From an uncultured cyanobacterium (GTDB taxonomy: Bacteria; Cyanobacteriota; Cyanobacteriia; Cyanobacteriales; CAWCAG01), in the NCBI GenBank assembly GCA_963803805.1, contig CAWDOD010000005.1:64001-128000 (forward strand): 64,000 nt of DNA, in the 5' to 3' direction. Of the stretch, positions 53,902 to 62,934 are shown in pieces. The translations under genes were made by a program, and so were the position numbers. The notes beneath the pieces are model-generated. The model was given only the letters and a program-made list of their open reading frames with translations. It was not told the DNA's origin and searched no databases. Every line of letters begins with the position of its first letter. The stretch's first letter is position 1.

Positions 53902-54553
53902 CTAGCCATCAACCTGATTATCTGAAGAACCATTAACCAACCTCGTACGCCCATTACGAATTACCCTTAACATATCCCCTAGTTGCTCTTCTATTTTTGA
54001 CAAAACCGCATCAGCATATTCATCGGCCCCATTTTGAATATCTTCGCACTCATCTAAGGCCATTTGCCGTAATTGTTCAATTTCTTGATGGGCTTGAATA
54101 CGAATTTGCTCAATTTCTGAGAGGGTTTGTTGCTGCATTTGTTCGCATTCTTGTCTCACCCCTTCCCTAATTTGATTAGCCTCAAATTCTGCTTGTCTAA
54201 TAATACCCGTTTCTTCTAAGATTTCTTGGGCCTCTACCCTGGGCTTCTGTTAAGATTTCTTGGGCATATTCTTCCGCATCTAAAAGAATAACCTCTTTTT
54301 GGCGTAGAATTTCCTTAGCTGCCTCAAAAGCATCAGGTAGATTAATACGTACTAAATCTAGCTGATCGAGGAGTTGTTCTTCATCAATCAGGGTACGTTT
54401 AGTTAAAAAAAGGCGAGGGCTATCAAGAATAATTTCTTCAAGCCTGTTTAATTCCCGTTGAATGTCAAAACTGAGGGCAGTAACGGGAATTTGTTCTGAT
54501 TGATTGAACTGATTTAGTTCTGGTTCGATCCGGGATGAGTCTTGGTGTAACAC
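53902..54553 (-). CDS. DivIVA-like coiled-coil cell division protein (Cdv3-like), split by one frameshift
   Basis: [23 protein letters not shown] and [19 protein letters not shown]; directly after coaD; indel at ~54231-54242. Confidence 0.75.
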
Positions 54554-55014
54554 TGGTAGATATCCGTGACAATATTCTCAGGAACCAGGTGATCGACACA
54601 GCCACCGAACCTGGCAATTTCTTTAACTACGCTACTACTCAGAAAGCTATGTTCAGTAGAAGTAGCGAGAAAAACTGTTTCAATTTCTTCTAAGAGAGTT
54701 TTATTGGTATGAGCCATCTGGAGTTCTTTTTCAAAGTCTGAAAGTACCCGTAAGCCCCTTAACAAAACTTTAGCCTCGCGACTTTGGGCATATTCCACCG
54801 TTAAGCCAGTAAAACTGTCAACTTCTACATTAGCAAGATGAGCCGTACATCGGCGAATTTGTTCAACTCGTTTGTTTACCGTGAATAAAGGACTTTTGCT
54901 AGGATTACACAAAACTCCCACAATTATTTTCTCGTAGAGTTTAGCACTACGTTCGATGATATCGAGATGGCCCAAGGTGATAGGATCAAAACTACCAGGA
55001 TAGATTGCAATCAC
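54514..55014 (-). CDS. coaD: Pantetheine-phosphate adenylyltransferase
   Basis: [35 protein letters not shown]. Confidence 0.96.
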   Translation of the reverse strand: MIAIYPGSFDPITLGHLDIIERSAKLYEKIIVGVLCNPSKSPLFTVNKRVEQIRRCTAHLANVEVDSFTGLTVEYAQSREAKVLLRGLRVLSDFEKELQMAHTNKTLLEEIETVFLATSTEHSFLSSSVVKEIARFGGCVDHLVPENIVTDIYQCYTKTHPGSNQN

Positions 55015-55291
55015 AAATCGTAGCTAGGATTAAGTTAGTTTGGAATGATTATACCTACCATTGGACTGATGAGGTGATGAAGTGATGGAGAACCAGTAGT
55101 AATAGTTATCAAAACAAAAAACCTTTAAATGCCCTTACTTACATTGTCGGGAAGAATGTCAAGTTAAGACTTGCAAAGTTGAAGGGTAAGTTTTTTTAAC
55201 ATCTAATTAGGGATTGAGGAGCTACAATGCTCAATTGATCCACCAAACTTTGATACTGTTGTAATTTTTACTCTGAATACTCTTTAAAACT

Positions 55292-55474
55292 ATGAACCTC
55301 TGGAAAATTCTAATTGTTTTTGCTATTGCCATTGTTATTGTTAAGTTTGTTGCTTCTTTTTTAGGACGCGGCAATGTTCCGATCCTCAATAATGTGGTTA
55401 CTGCCATTCTTGCTACTTTTGTTTGCTTTGAGTTATTTCAGCTTGGCAAAATCTTACTAGCTTCTGTTTCTTAA
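55292..55474 (+). CDS. Small two-TM hypothetical protein
   Basis: 60-aa ORF with two hydrophobic helices, ATG start, followed by STRR repeats. Confidence 0.6.
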   Translation: MNLWKILIVFAIAIVIVKFVASFLGRGNVPILNNVVTAILATFVCFELFQLGKILLASVS

Positions 55475-55479
55475 ACAAT

Positions 55480-55521
55480 TAGGGAATAGGTAATGGGTAA
55501 TAGGTAATGGGTAATAGTTAA
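55480..55521. repeat. Heptamer tandem repeat, about 6 units of TAGGTAA/TGGGTAA/TAGGGAA
   Basis: Read directly. Confidence 0.85.
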
Positions 55522-55640
55522 GCTCCGTTTTACTTGTTACCTTTCATTCTGTATCCGGTCTTCAATGGTTAAGAAAGTTAATTCATTAAGGGCTTCGTTA
55601 TTATTCCAGATTACTTACATTGTGGAAGCCATATTAAAAA

Positions 55641-56453
55641 TCACCTATCACCTGATTTAACTATCTCAATTTCATATAACTTTGGCCATAGCTTTCCTGT
55701 CACAAATAACCTCTTTTTCTCTCTATCATAGGCAATACCATTAAGTACATCTTGCCCCTTTTTGCCAGCATCGGGATTTAAACCTCGTAAATCCAATAAG
55801 CTTAATACTTCACCTGTGTCAGGAGAAATTCGAGCGATAAAATTAGTCGTCCAAATATTAGCGAAAACTTCCCCATTAATATATTCCAATTCATTTAACC
55901 TTCGTACTGGCTTACCATGATAACGAACTTTGATACTACCTAATTGTGTAAAAGTTTCTGGATCAAGAAAATAAAGATTATCTGTACCATCGCTCATAAT
56001 TAGGCGATCGCCGTCATTAGTAATGCCCCAGCCTTCCGTAGGATAAGTAAATTCCCTTTCTTGGTTAAAGGTTTCTTGGTTATAAACAAAACCAACTTGA
56101 GACTTCCAAGTTAACTGGACAATTCTATTTTGCCAAAGGGCAATTCCTTCTCCAAAATAACGTTGCGCCAAAAGTACTTTTTGGAGGACTTTTCCTGTTG
56201 TCAACTCCACTTTTCGCAAAGAAGATTCACCATACAAACCTGTTCCTTCATAAAGGAAACCCTGATTGTAAAATAGTCCCTGAGTAAAAGCTTGGGAATC
56301 GTGGGGATAGGTATTAACAACATGATAACTGCAAATTGAGGCTGGCACTGACTGATTTTCAACTGAAGTGTTCGCTTTTTTTCCTTGGAACCATACAGTA
56401 CTAATAATTAATAAAAAAATAATTGTAGCAAGGGCAAAAAATTTACTTCGCAA
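55641..56453 (-). CDS. Glutaminyl-peptide cyclotransferase (beta-propeller type)
   Basis: YPHDSQAFTQGL, EGTGLYG, FGEGI, EGWG, LNELE, VLNGIA, VTGKLWP. Confidence 0.93.
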   Translation of the reverse strand: MRSKFFALATIIFLLIISTVWFQGKKANTSVENQSVPASICSYHVVNTYPHDSQAFTQGLFYNQGFLYEGTGLYGESSLRKVELTTGKVLQKVLLAQRYFGEGIALWQNRIVQLTWKSQVGFVYNQETFNQEREFTYPTEGWGITNDGDRLIMSDGTDNLYFLDPETFTQLGSIKVRYHGKPVRRLNELEYINGEVFANIWTTNFIARISPDTGEVLSLLDLRGLNPDAGKKGQDVLNGIAYDREKKRLFVTGKLWPKLYEIEIVKSGDR

Positions 56454-56481
56454 GGATCTCTCCTAAAATTAAGCAATAACT

Positions 56482-56730
56482 TTATCTTGATTTTAAACTA
56501 CTTAACTTATTGCTTAATCTTGAATTAGCCAAAGTTGCTTCCACCCCACCCATACCCGGCATGAGGATATCCATCAATACTACATCAGGGTGAAGTTCTT
56601 CTACCTCCTTAATAGCGACTCCCCCACATTCTGCCTCTCCGACAATTTCTAAAGAATCTTCCTCTGCTAAAAAAAGCTTTAAGGCACGGCGTATCAGAGT
56701 TTGATCATCAACCAGCAAAACGCGAATCAT
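56482..56730 (-). pseudogene. Truncated NarL-type response regulator
   Basis: MIRVLLVDDQ..DVVLMDILMPGMGGVEAT, then similarity ends abruptly; the second half of the receiver and the HTH are missing. Confidence 0.75.
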
Positions 56731-56923
56731 AGGGGAACAGGCTATAGCCTTCAATAATTTCTCACCGACATTATAATTAAGACTAAATGTTTCTTCCGGA
56801 GGATGCAAGAACCATGAGTCCCATTTTTTGTGGTACTTTAGTCCTAAAGAAATTAGGGACTTGCGCCTCATGCAAGAGCTACTAGGGTAATTCTACGATG
56901 TAAAGAGAAAAATTAAGAGGTTA

Positions 56924-57301
56924 GTGGTTGTGAGTAAAATTCTCGTTATTGAAGATAATCCTTTCCAAAGAACAATAATTGCTAAATTTCTTAGTAATAA
57001 TAAGTTTAACGTCACCGTAGCTAATGATGGGGCTGATGCTTTAGAAAAGATTAATTCTAATTATCCTGATTTAGTGCTTTTAGATATTGTTATGCCCCAA
57101 TATAATGGCTACGAGGTGTGTCGCCGCATCAAATCCAACCCAAAAACCAAGGATGTTTTAGTGGTTTTTTGTTCTTCTAAAGTCACTGACGCTGATCGTT
57201 ATTGGGGAATAAGACAAGGGGCTGATGCTTATCTGAGTAAACCTTTTCAACCCGGAGAGTTGTTAATAACAATTAGGCGCTTGTTACAAACCGCTAGTTA
57301 A
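56924..57301 (+). CDS. Single-domain CheY/PilH-like response regulator
   Basis: ILVIEDN, LLDIVMP, CSSK..DRYWGIRQGADAYLSKPF. Confidence 0.9.
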   Translation: MVVSKILVIEDNPFQRTIIAKFLSNNKFNVTVANDGADALEKINSNYPDLVLLDIVMPQYNGYEVCRRIKSNPKTKDVLVVFCSSKVTDADRYWGIRQGADAYLSKPFQPGELLITIRRLLQTAS

Positions 57302-57328
57302 TTGTTGTTAATAGAGAACAAGCACTTA

Positions 57329-58891
57329 TTACTTATTACTTATTACTTCCTGCTTAACGGCATTCGGTATGGTTAAAGTAAACTTCGTACCAATGCCTTC
57401 TTCACTTTCAAGGTTGATCGCACCTCCGTGTAAGTCTAAGCAGTGTTTAACAATTGATAAGCCTAAACCTGTACCTTGAATTTTACTCACGTTGCTGGCG
57501 CGGTAAAAAGATTCAAATAGTCGTTGTTGCTCTTCTTTAGGAATACCAATACCTTGATCTTCAATTTGGAAAACTACTTGAGAAGAACGGCAAACTACAT
57601 CAAATTTAATAGCTTTGCCAGCAGGAGAATATTTAATAGCATTAGAAAGCAAGTTTGTTAGTATATACCGTAGAAGTTTTTCATCTAAGATAGAAGCAGA
57701 TTCACCTTGGTAGTTAAAGATGATTTCCTGTTCTGTCCCCAAGCTTAACTTGATTTCATTGATTAAACTTAAGCAAAACTTTTCTAATTCTAAAAAAGCT
57801 ATTTTAAATCTAAGCTTACCTTCTTCTACTTTACCGATCATCAACATATCATCTAGCAGATTGATCATTCTGTTGATATTGCCTTGAATGCGCGGAAAAA
57901 CTTCTTGTCTTTTTTGTGGAGTTAATTCATTGCCGTATAATTCAAGTATTTGGACTAAGCCAGAAACGCTATTAAGAGGATTACGAAATTCATGGGAAAC
58001 CATAGAAACGAAGCTGGATTTTAGTTCATTGAGTTCTTTTTCTGCTGCTAGGGCTTTGCTCATTTCTATTTCCCCTTGTTTACGTTCGGTAATATCTTCA
58101 ACAACTCCTACTAAACAAGAAAATTTTCCTGCTTCAAAAACAGGAAAAGCACGTCCCCACATCCAACGAATACCTTTATTCGGGTGAATAATTCGGTACT
58201 CTTGCTTACTGAATTCGCCTTGTTTTTCTATTTCTAAAGATGCTTCGACTTGTTGGCGATCTTCAGGATGAACGCTATTTAACCAAGCTAGGGAATTATT
58301 ATAAACACTTTGACAACTCTGTCCCCAAATTTTTTCGTAAGCCTGACTAAGGTAAATAATTTGACTTTTATCAGGGGTACTAATCCAAAACACTTCGCTA
58401 ATGTTTTCAGCTAATTGACGAAAGCGAAGTTCACTTTTCTGTAGGGCAATTTCTGCCTTAATTCTTTCTTGGGCTTCTTTTTCTAGCTTTTGATTAGCTG
58501 CGTTAAGTTGCAGAGACATTTGGCGCGATCGCAATAATACCCTTAACCTAGTTCGTAATAGAGTTTTTTCTAAAGGTGCGTAGATAATGTCGTCAACTAA
58601 ATACTCTAAACTATCAGTGGTAATATCTATTTCTTGATGGGAAGTAATTAAAACAAAGGGCAAATAAACAGGTTTTTCTGCTTCTCTTCTGGTTAATACT
58701 TCTTTTTTAAGTAGTTCTAATGCTGAAAAATCCCCAATACAAATGTCAAATGCTTTAGTTAGTAGCTGTTTAGCTTGAAGAATAAAGTCAGTTTTTGATT
58801 GGGGCAAAATTAACTGGTAAGATCCTGCTAGCAAGTCTGAGAGGAACTTAGAGTTGTTTTGGTTAATTGAAAGCACTAAAATGCGTTTCAT
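57329..58891 (-). CDS. PAS sensor histidine kinase with degenerate N-terminal receiver-like domain
   Basis: RFRQLAENI..VHPEDR..EDITERK (PAS), SHEFRNPL, NLLSNAIKYS, GTGLGL. Confidence 0.9.
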   Translation of the reverse strand: MKRILVLSINQNNSKFLSDLLAGSYQLILPQSKTDFILQAKQLLTKAFDICIGDFSALELLKKEVLTRREAEKPVYLPFVLITSHQEIDITTDSLEYLVDDIIYAPLEKTLLRTRLRVLLRSRQMSLQLNAANQKLEKEAQERIKAEIALQKSELRFRQLAENISEVFWISTPDKSQIIYLSQAYEKIWGQSCQSVYNNSLAWLNSVHPEDRQQVEASLEIEKQGEFSKQEYRIIHPNKGIRWMWGRAFPVFEAGKFSCLVGVVEDITERKQGEIEMSKALAAEKELNELKSSFVSMVSHEFRNPLNSVSGLVQILELYGNELTPQKRQEVFPRIQGNINRMINLLDDMLMIGKVEEGKLRFKIAFLELEKFCLSLINEIKLSLGTEQEIIFNYQGESASILDEKLLRYILTNLLSNAIKYSPAGKAIKFDVVCRSSQVVFQIEDQGIGIPKEEQQRLFESFYRASNVSKIQGTGLGLSIVKHCLDLHGGAINLESEEGIGTKFTLTIPNAVKQEVISNK

Positions 58892-59273
58892 ACTAGCTAG
58901 CCCGTTTAGATTAAAAGATTAGTGCTTAGGAAATTAGGAACAGTTGAAAATTGAGGCAAAATTGATGATTAAGGCTAAAAGCTCAAATTAAAATCTCAGG
59001 TATTGTTTACTTAAAAATCGCAAAATGAACTTTAGGTCTAATCTACAAGTATCGATTAAAATCCTAACTGGTAGCTTTAACTCTGGTGCTAACCACGAGA
59101 GTGCATAATTCAAGCAAAGAGTAGCTATATATCACTAGCAGTATAAGAATTAATTTAGCACTTTCCAATTATCTCTCTTCAGAAAGAGAACAGCCACTCT
59201 TAAAGTATAAGAAATTGTCAGGTAGCATTTCCTACTACAACAAGGGTGGGGAATTGCTTATTGCTTCTGCTAG

Positions 59274-60149
59274 TTATCCTAGAAATTTCCTAATCAAACC
59301 AATCGTCACTCCTGGTAACTCTAACTGGGGCGTTAAACCCACATCTTCTAAAACCAAGAATTGTTTAACTGCTTCAGGATTGAGTGCGGCTAAACGTTTG
59401 CCAACTTCTGGCCCGGTGAAGGCTGATTTTTCTCCCCAGATAATTGCTGTAGGGGTAGTTAACTGCTTGATGTATAAAGCTAAATCAAAACATAAGTCTC
59501 CCCGCACAAAAGATAGTGCCGCATATTCGGCGTTAGGTTCTTTTGCTGATTGTAAGTAAGCAGCAATAATTTCTGGGTAAATGCGTGAAGGTTTGGCAAA
59601 TTGACGACTTTGGAGGAAGTTACTAATGCCACTAGCTGTAGCTACTCCGGTGCGGTAAATGAGTTTATCAACCACAGGAACTTTAAACAACTGGATAAAC
59701 CAATTACTGTTGTAATCTTGGCCAAAATCTGATAAACCTGCTGGAAGAGTAAGAATCAAACGCTTAAATAAATCAGGACGCTGAATAGCAGCGCGAATAG
59801 TCATAGCAGCGGTTAAGGAAGAGGCAACAACGGTAGTAGGCGCTTCGCAAGTGTTTTCTAGAAATTCGATAATTGTGGTGAGATAATCGTCTACTTGATA
59901 ATTACGTTCCGGATGTTCTGAACGTCCCCAACCAATTAAATCTGGTGCCAGGATACGATATTCGTTAGCGAAGGCTGGGTAGACTTTTGACCACTCATAG
60001 GCAGAGGAACCACCCCCAAAGCCATGGAAAAATACCAGGGATGGTTTGTCATCATTTTCCGACCAAGGGGCTTTAGTGGGAGTGTAATAAACCATTCTGC
60101 CCAAGGAAGTCAAAATAGAATCTCTTTCTACACCAATTGGTTCAATCAT
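59274..60149 (-). CDS. Alpha/beta fold hydrolase
   Basis: FHGFGGGSSAYEW, APDLIGWGRS, IIWGE; start set at ATG 60149 because the upstream extension is repeat-derived. Confidence 0.85.
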   Translation of the reverse strand: MIEPIGVERDSILTSLGRMVYYTPTKAPWSENDDKPSLVFFHGFGGGSSAYEWSKVYPAFANEYRILAPDLIGWGRSEHPERNYQVDDYLTTIIEFLENTCEAPTTVVASSLTAAMTIRAAIQRPDLFKRLILTLPAGLSDFGQDYNSNWFIQLFKVPVVDKLIYRTGVATASGISNFLQSRQFAKPSRIYPEIIAAYLQSAKEPNAEYAALSFVRGDLCFDLALYIKQLTTPTAIIWGEKSAFTGPEVGKRLAALNPEAVKQFLVLEDVGLTPQLELPGVTIGLIRKFLG

Positions 60150-60154
60150 TTTTT

Positions 60155-60189
60155 TAGGGAATAGGGAATAGGGAATAGGGAACAGAGAA
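60155..60189. repeat. Heptamer tandem repeat (TAGGGAA)x4 plus one degenerate unit
   Basis: Read directly. Confidence 0.9.
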
Positions 60190-60229
60190 TCAAGCAAGTA
60201 AAAATATTTATTAATTGCTGCTGCATAGC

Positions 60230-61039
60230 CTACTCTCCTGCTGACCAAGGTTTGAGGAAGTCAGGATAGAGAGTTAAGCCACCGTCGGCAAAGATAGTTT
60301 GACCTGTTATGTATGAGGCATCATCGGAAGCTAAAAATGCGGTTATAGCTGCCATTTCTTCGGAAGTTCCTACTCTACCTAAAGGTATATGGCTTTCCAC
60401 TTCTTCTTTCTTTTCTTTGTCTTCAGTCCAACTATTAATGGGGGTAGCAGTTGCCCCCGGTGCGATAGAGTTAATTCTAATACCTTGAGGAGCATATTCT
60501 AAAGCTAGAGTTTTAGTCATATTTTCCATGCCCCCTTTACTAATAGAATAACTAACATAAGTCGGTCTGGGGATGATTTCGTGAACACTAGAGACGTTGA
60601 GAATTATGCCTCCTTGCCCCCGACTCAAAAAGTGTTTAATGGCTTCGCGAGAGCAAAGATAAGCCCCTCGGAGGTTAACAGCCAAAACCTTATCAAAGTC
60701 GTCAGTTTCTACTTGATGGGATTCTGCGGCTATTTGAATGCCAGCATTGTTAACCAAGATATCAAGGCTACCCAATTCTTTAACAACTTTGGCACACATG
60801 GCAATAATATCTTCTTCTTTGGATACATCCCCTTCCACAGGTAATTCCCTGCCACCGCAGCCTTTAACCTGATTGCACATATCATCAATCATCGCTTTAG
60901 TTTCTTCAACTTTTTCAGGGTCATTGCGATAATTAATGGCTACATTTGCCCCCTCAATAGCAAACCGGGCTGCGATCGCCTGCCCAATACCAGAAGTCGC
61001 CCCAGTGACAAGGACATTTTTGCCTTTCAAACCTTCCAT
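60230..61039 (-). CDS. Glucose 1-dehydrogenase-like SDR
   Basis: TGATSGIG, NNAG, SSVHE, YSISK, PGATATPIN, GQTIFADGGLTLYP. Confidence 0.88.
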   Translation of the reverse strand: MEGLKGKNVLVTGATSGIGQAIAARFAIEGANVAINYRNDPEKVEETKAMIDDMCNQVKGCGGRELPVEGDVSKEEDIIAMCAKVVKELGSLDILVNNAGIQIAAESHQVETDDFDKVLAVNLRGAYLCSREAIKHFLSRGQGGIILNVSSVHEIIPRPTYVSYSISKGGMENMTKTLALEYAPQGIRINSIAPGATATPINSWTEDKEKKEEVESHIPLGRVGTSEEMAAITAFLASDDASYITGQTIFADGGLTLYPDFLKPWSAGE

Positions 61040-61202
61040 GAAAAACCCTCTCTGTTCAATGGCCAATGATCAATGATCAATGATCAGTTATTAGTTTTCA
61101 ACGATAAGTAGGTAGGGATTATAGGGTGTAGTTTATACAAAGTTAAATCTCTCTATCGTTAGTTGCCAATTCTCAAAGCTTCCCCTCTTGACTTTTGACT
61201 TC

Positions 61203-62543
61203 TCATAAAGCCCCTGCTGCGGTTTGATCTAAAATACCGGAACCTAGATGGCTAGTGAGGTTGATAGCCTGTAAAACTGGTTGTCCTGTTGCCCCTTGGG
61301 GATAATCGATGACGCTAACTGAACCGTTTCCTTGTTTAACGTTCCAGAAATTGGCTGGTTTCAAACCTAACAAATAACAAAGAATTGCTTTATTAATAGC
61401 ATCGTGGGCAACCACAATTCCCGTTTGCGGTTCGGAAGATTTTTCGCTAATCGCTTTAACCAAATCATCCCAACAAGCAACTCCCCTTTCCCAAACCTGT
61501 TGCAAATTTTCTCCTTCTGGCATTTGTACTGTTTCTGGGGCATCCTTCCATTGTTGCAATAATTCCCCATACTCCGCTTGAATTTCTGCCTCTAGTTTTC
61601 CTTCCCATAAACCGTGACTAATTTCTTTGAGATCCGGTTGTAATTCTAAGTAAGTTTCTGGTTTATTTTCTAAGATAATTTCTGCTGTTTCTTTTGGTCT
61701 AGCCATAGGACTACTGACAGCAAAATCTAGGGGTATGTCCTTAAGAAAATCCGCCGCTTTTTGGGCTTGTTGCTTACCTTTTTCATTTAGGGGAATATCA
61801 ATTTGTCCTTGGAAACGAGAAGCACGATTCCACTCTGTTTCTCCGTGACGAATTAAGAGTAAACGTGGTCCCTGATGGGGTTTGCGGTAGGAAGGTAGGG
61901 ACTTATCTAAATGGGAAGTTTGATTCAATGATTCTAACTGTACTGGATCTCCCCAACTGCCAGTAAAATTCAAAACGCTGATACAACAATTAGACTGTTG
62001 CAACCGGTGATAATGGGAGGGAGGAACCCCAATAGCAGTACCGATTAAACAACGGTTAATGCCATTGTGAGCCACTATTAAAATAGTTTCTCCTTGATGC
62101 TGAGGAAGTATTTTTTGCCAAAACTCCTCAGCTTGCTTATACAAAGAAAGTACAGGGAAATGTTCTTTTTCTGGTGCTAACAGCATCTTAAACTCGTGGG
62201 GACGCTGTTTCCACATCAAATAATCTTCCTTAAAATTCTCCTTAACTTCTTGCTTCCGCATCTTTTCCCACAAGGGTAGATCAATTTCCCTTAACATTTC
62301 TGTTGCTTGACGAGAAGGAGGATTTTGTAAGCAACTTTCAATAACTTCAGCAGTTTGGGTTGCCCGTTTTAAAGGACTATGGTAAAAACCATTAAAACTA
62401 TAATTATTAAGGACTCGACCTGTTTTCAGGGCATCACTACGCCCTAATTCGGTTAAAAAAGATTCATCACAACGACCTTGAATCTTTTGTTGGAGATTAT
62501 AATTACTTTGCCCATGACGAACTATGATGACGCGAGTTGCCAA
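61203..62543 (-). CDS. Tandem two-domain histidine phosphatase (phosphoglycerate mutase family)
   Basis: Two RHG motifs (VRHGQS, IRHGET), each with an SP..R and VAH motif. Confidence 0.9.
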   Translation of the reverse strand: MATRVIIVRHGQSNYNLQQKIQGRCDESFLTELGRSDALKTGRVLNNYSFNGFYHSPLKRATQTAEVIESCLQNPPSRQATEMLREIDLPLWEKMRKQEVKENFKEDYLMWKQRPHEFKMLLAPEKEHFPVLSLYKQAEEFWQKILPQHQGETILIVAHNGINRCLIGTAIGVPPSHYHRLQQSNCCISVLNFTGSWGDPVQLESLNQTSHLDKSLPSYRKPHQGPRLLLIRHGETEWNRASRFQGQIDIPLNEKGKQQAQKAADFLKDIPLDFAVSSPMARPKETAEIILENKPETYLELQPDLKEISHGLWEGKLEAEIQAEYGELLQQWKDAPETVQMPEGENLQQVWERGVACWDDLVKAISEKSSEPQTGIVVAHDAINKAILCYLLGLKPANFWNVKQGNGSVSVIDYPQGATGQPVLQAINLTSHLGSGILDQTAAGAL

Positions 62544-62632
62544 ACTTCTAATCCTCCGATGAATTTTTTATCATTGTTAGATTATGCAATAATTCTTGGT
62601 AAAGATTTTTAAGATTAGGTATCTGAGAACAC

Positions 62633-62791
62633 ATGACTACTTATGTCTGCAATGTTTGCGGTTACGAATACGATCCTGAAAAAGGAGATCCTGATAATGA
62701 TGTACAACCTGGTACTCCCTTTGAAGATTTACCAGAAGATTGGGCTTGCCCAGTTTGTGGGGCGGGAAAGGAGGAATTTGAGGAAGCTTAG
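62633..62791 (+). CDS. Rubredoxin (52 aa, absent from the ORF track)
   Basis: [52 protein letters not shown]; two CxxC motifs. Confidence 0.96.
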   Translation: MTTYVCNVCGYEYDPEKGDPDNDVQPGTPFEDLPEDWACPVCGAGKEEFEEA

Positions 62792-62799
62792 TTAATTGG

Positions 62800-62895
62800 T
62801 AATGGCTAATGGCTAATGGCTAGTGGCTAATGGCTAATGGCTAATGGCTAGTGGCTAATGGCTAATGGCTAGTGGCTAATGGCTAGTGGCTAATG
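62800..62895. repeat. Heptamer tandem array TA(A/G)TGGC, 13 full units
   Basis: Unit order at the variable base: A A A G A A A G A A G A G. Shorter arrays of the same unit near 4410, 39330 and 46460. Confidence 0.95.
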
Positions 62896-62934
62896 TCTCT
62901 CTCCCCGTACCCTATTTCCTCAACTAAATTTTAC

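Noticed and set aside
56731-56871. 5' extension of ORF 56482-56871
   Set aside because: Receiver similarity starts at ATG 56730; the extension spans the divergent promoter region.
60150-60248. N-terminal extension of the hydrolase ORF (LFPIPYSLFP)
   Set aside because: It is the translation of the TAGGGAA heptamer array; the real start is probably ATG 60149.
62800-62895. Tandem array as a CRISPR array
   Set aside because: 7-bp units with no spacers and no cas genes; typical cyanobacterial STRR.
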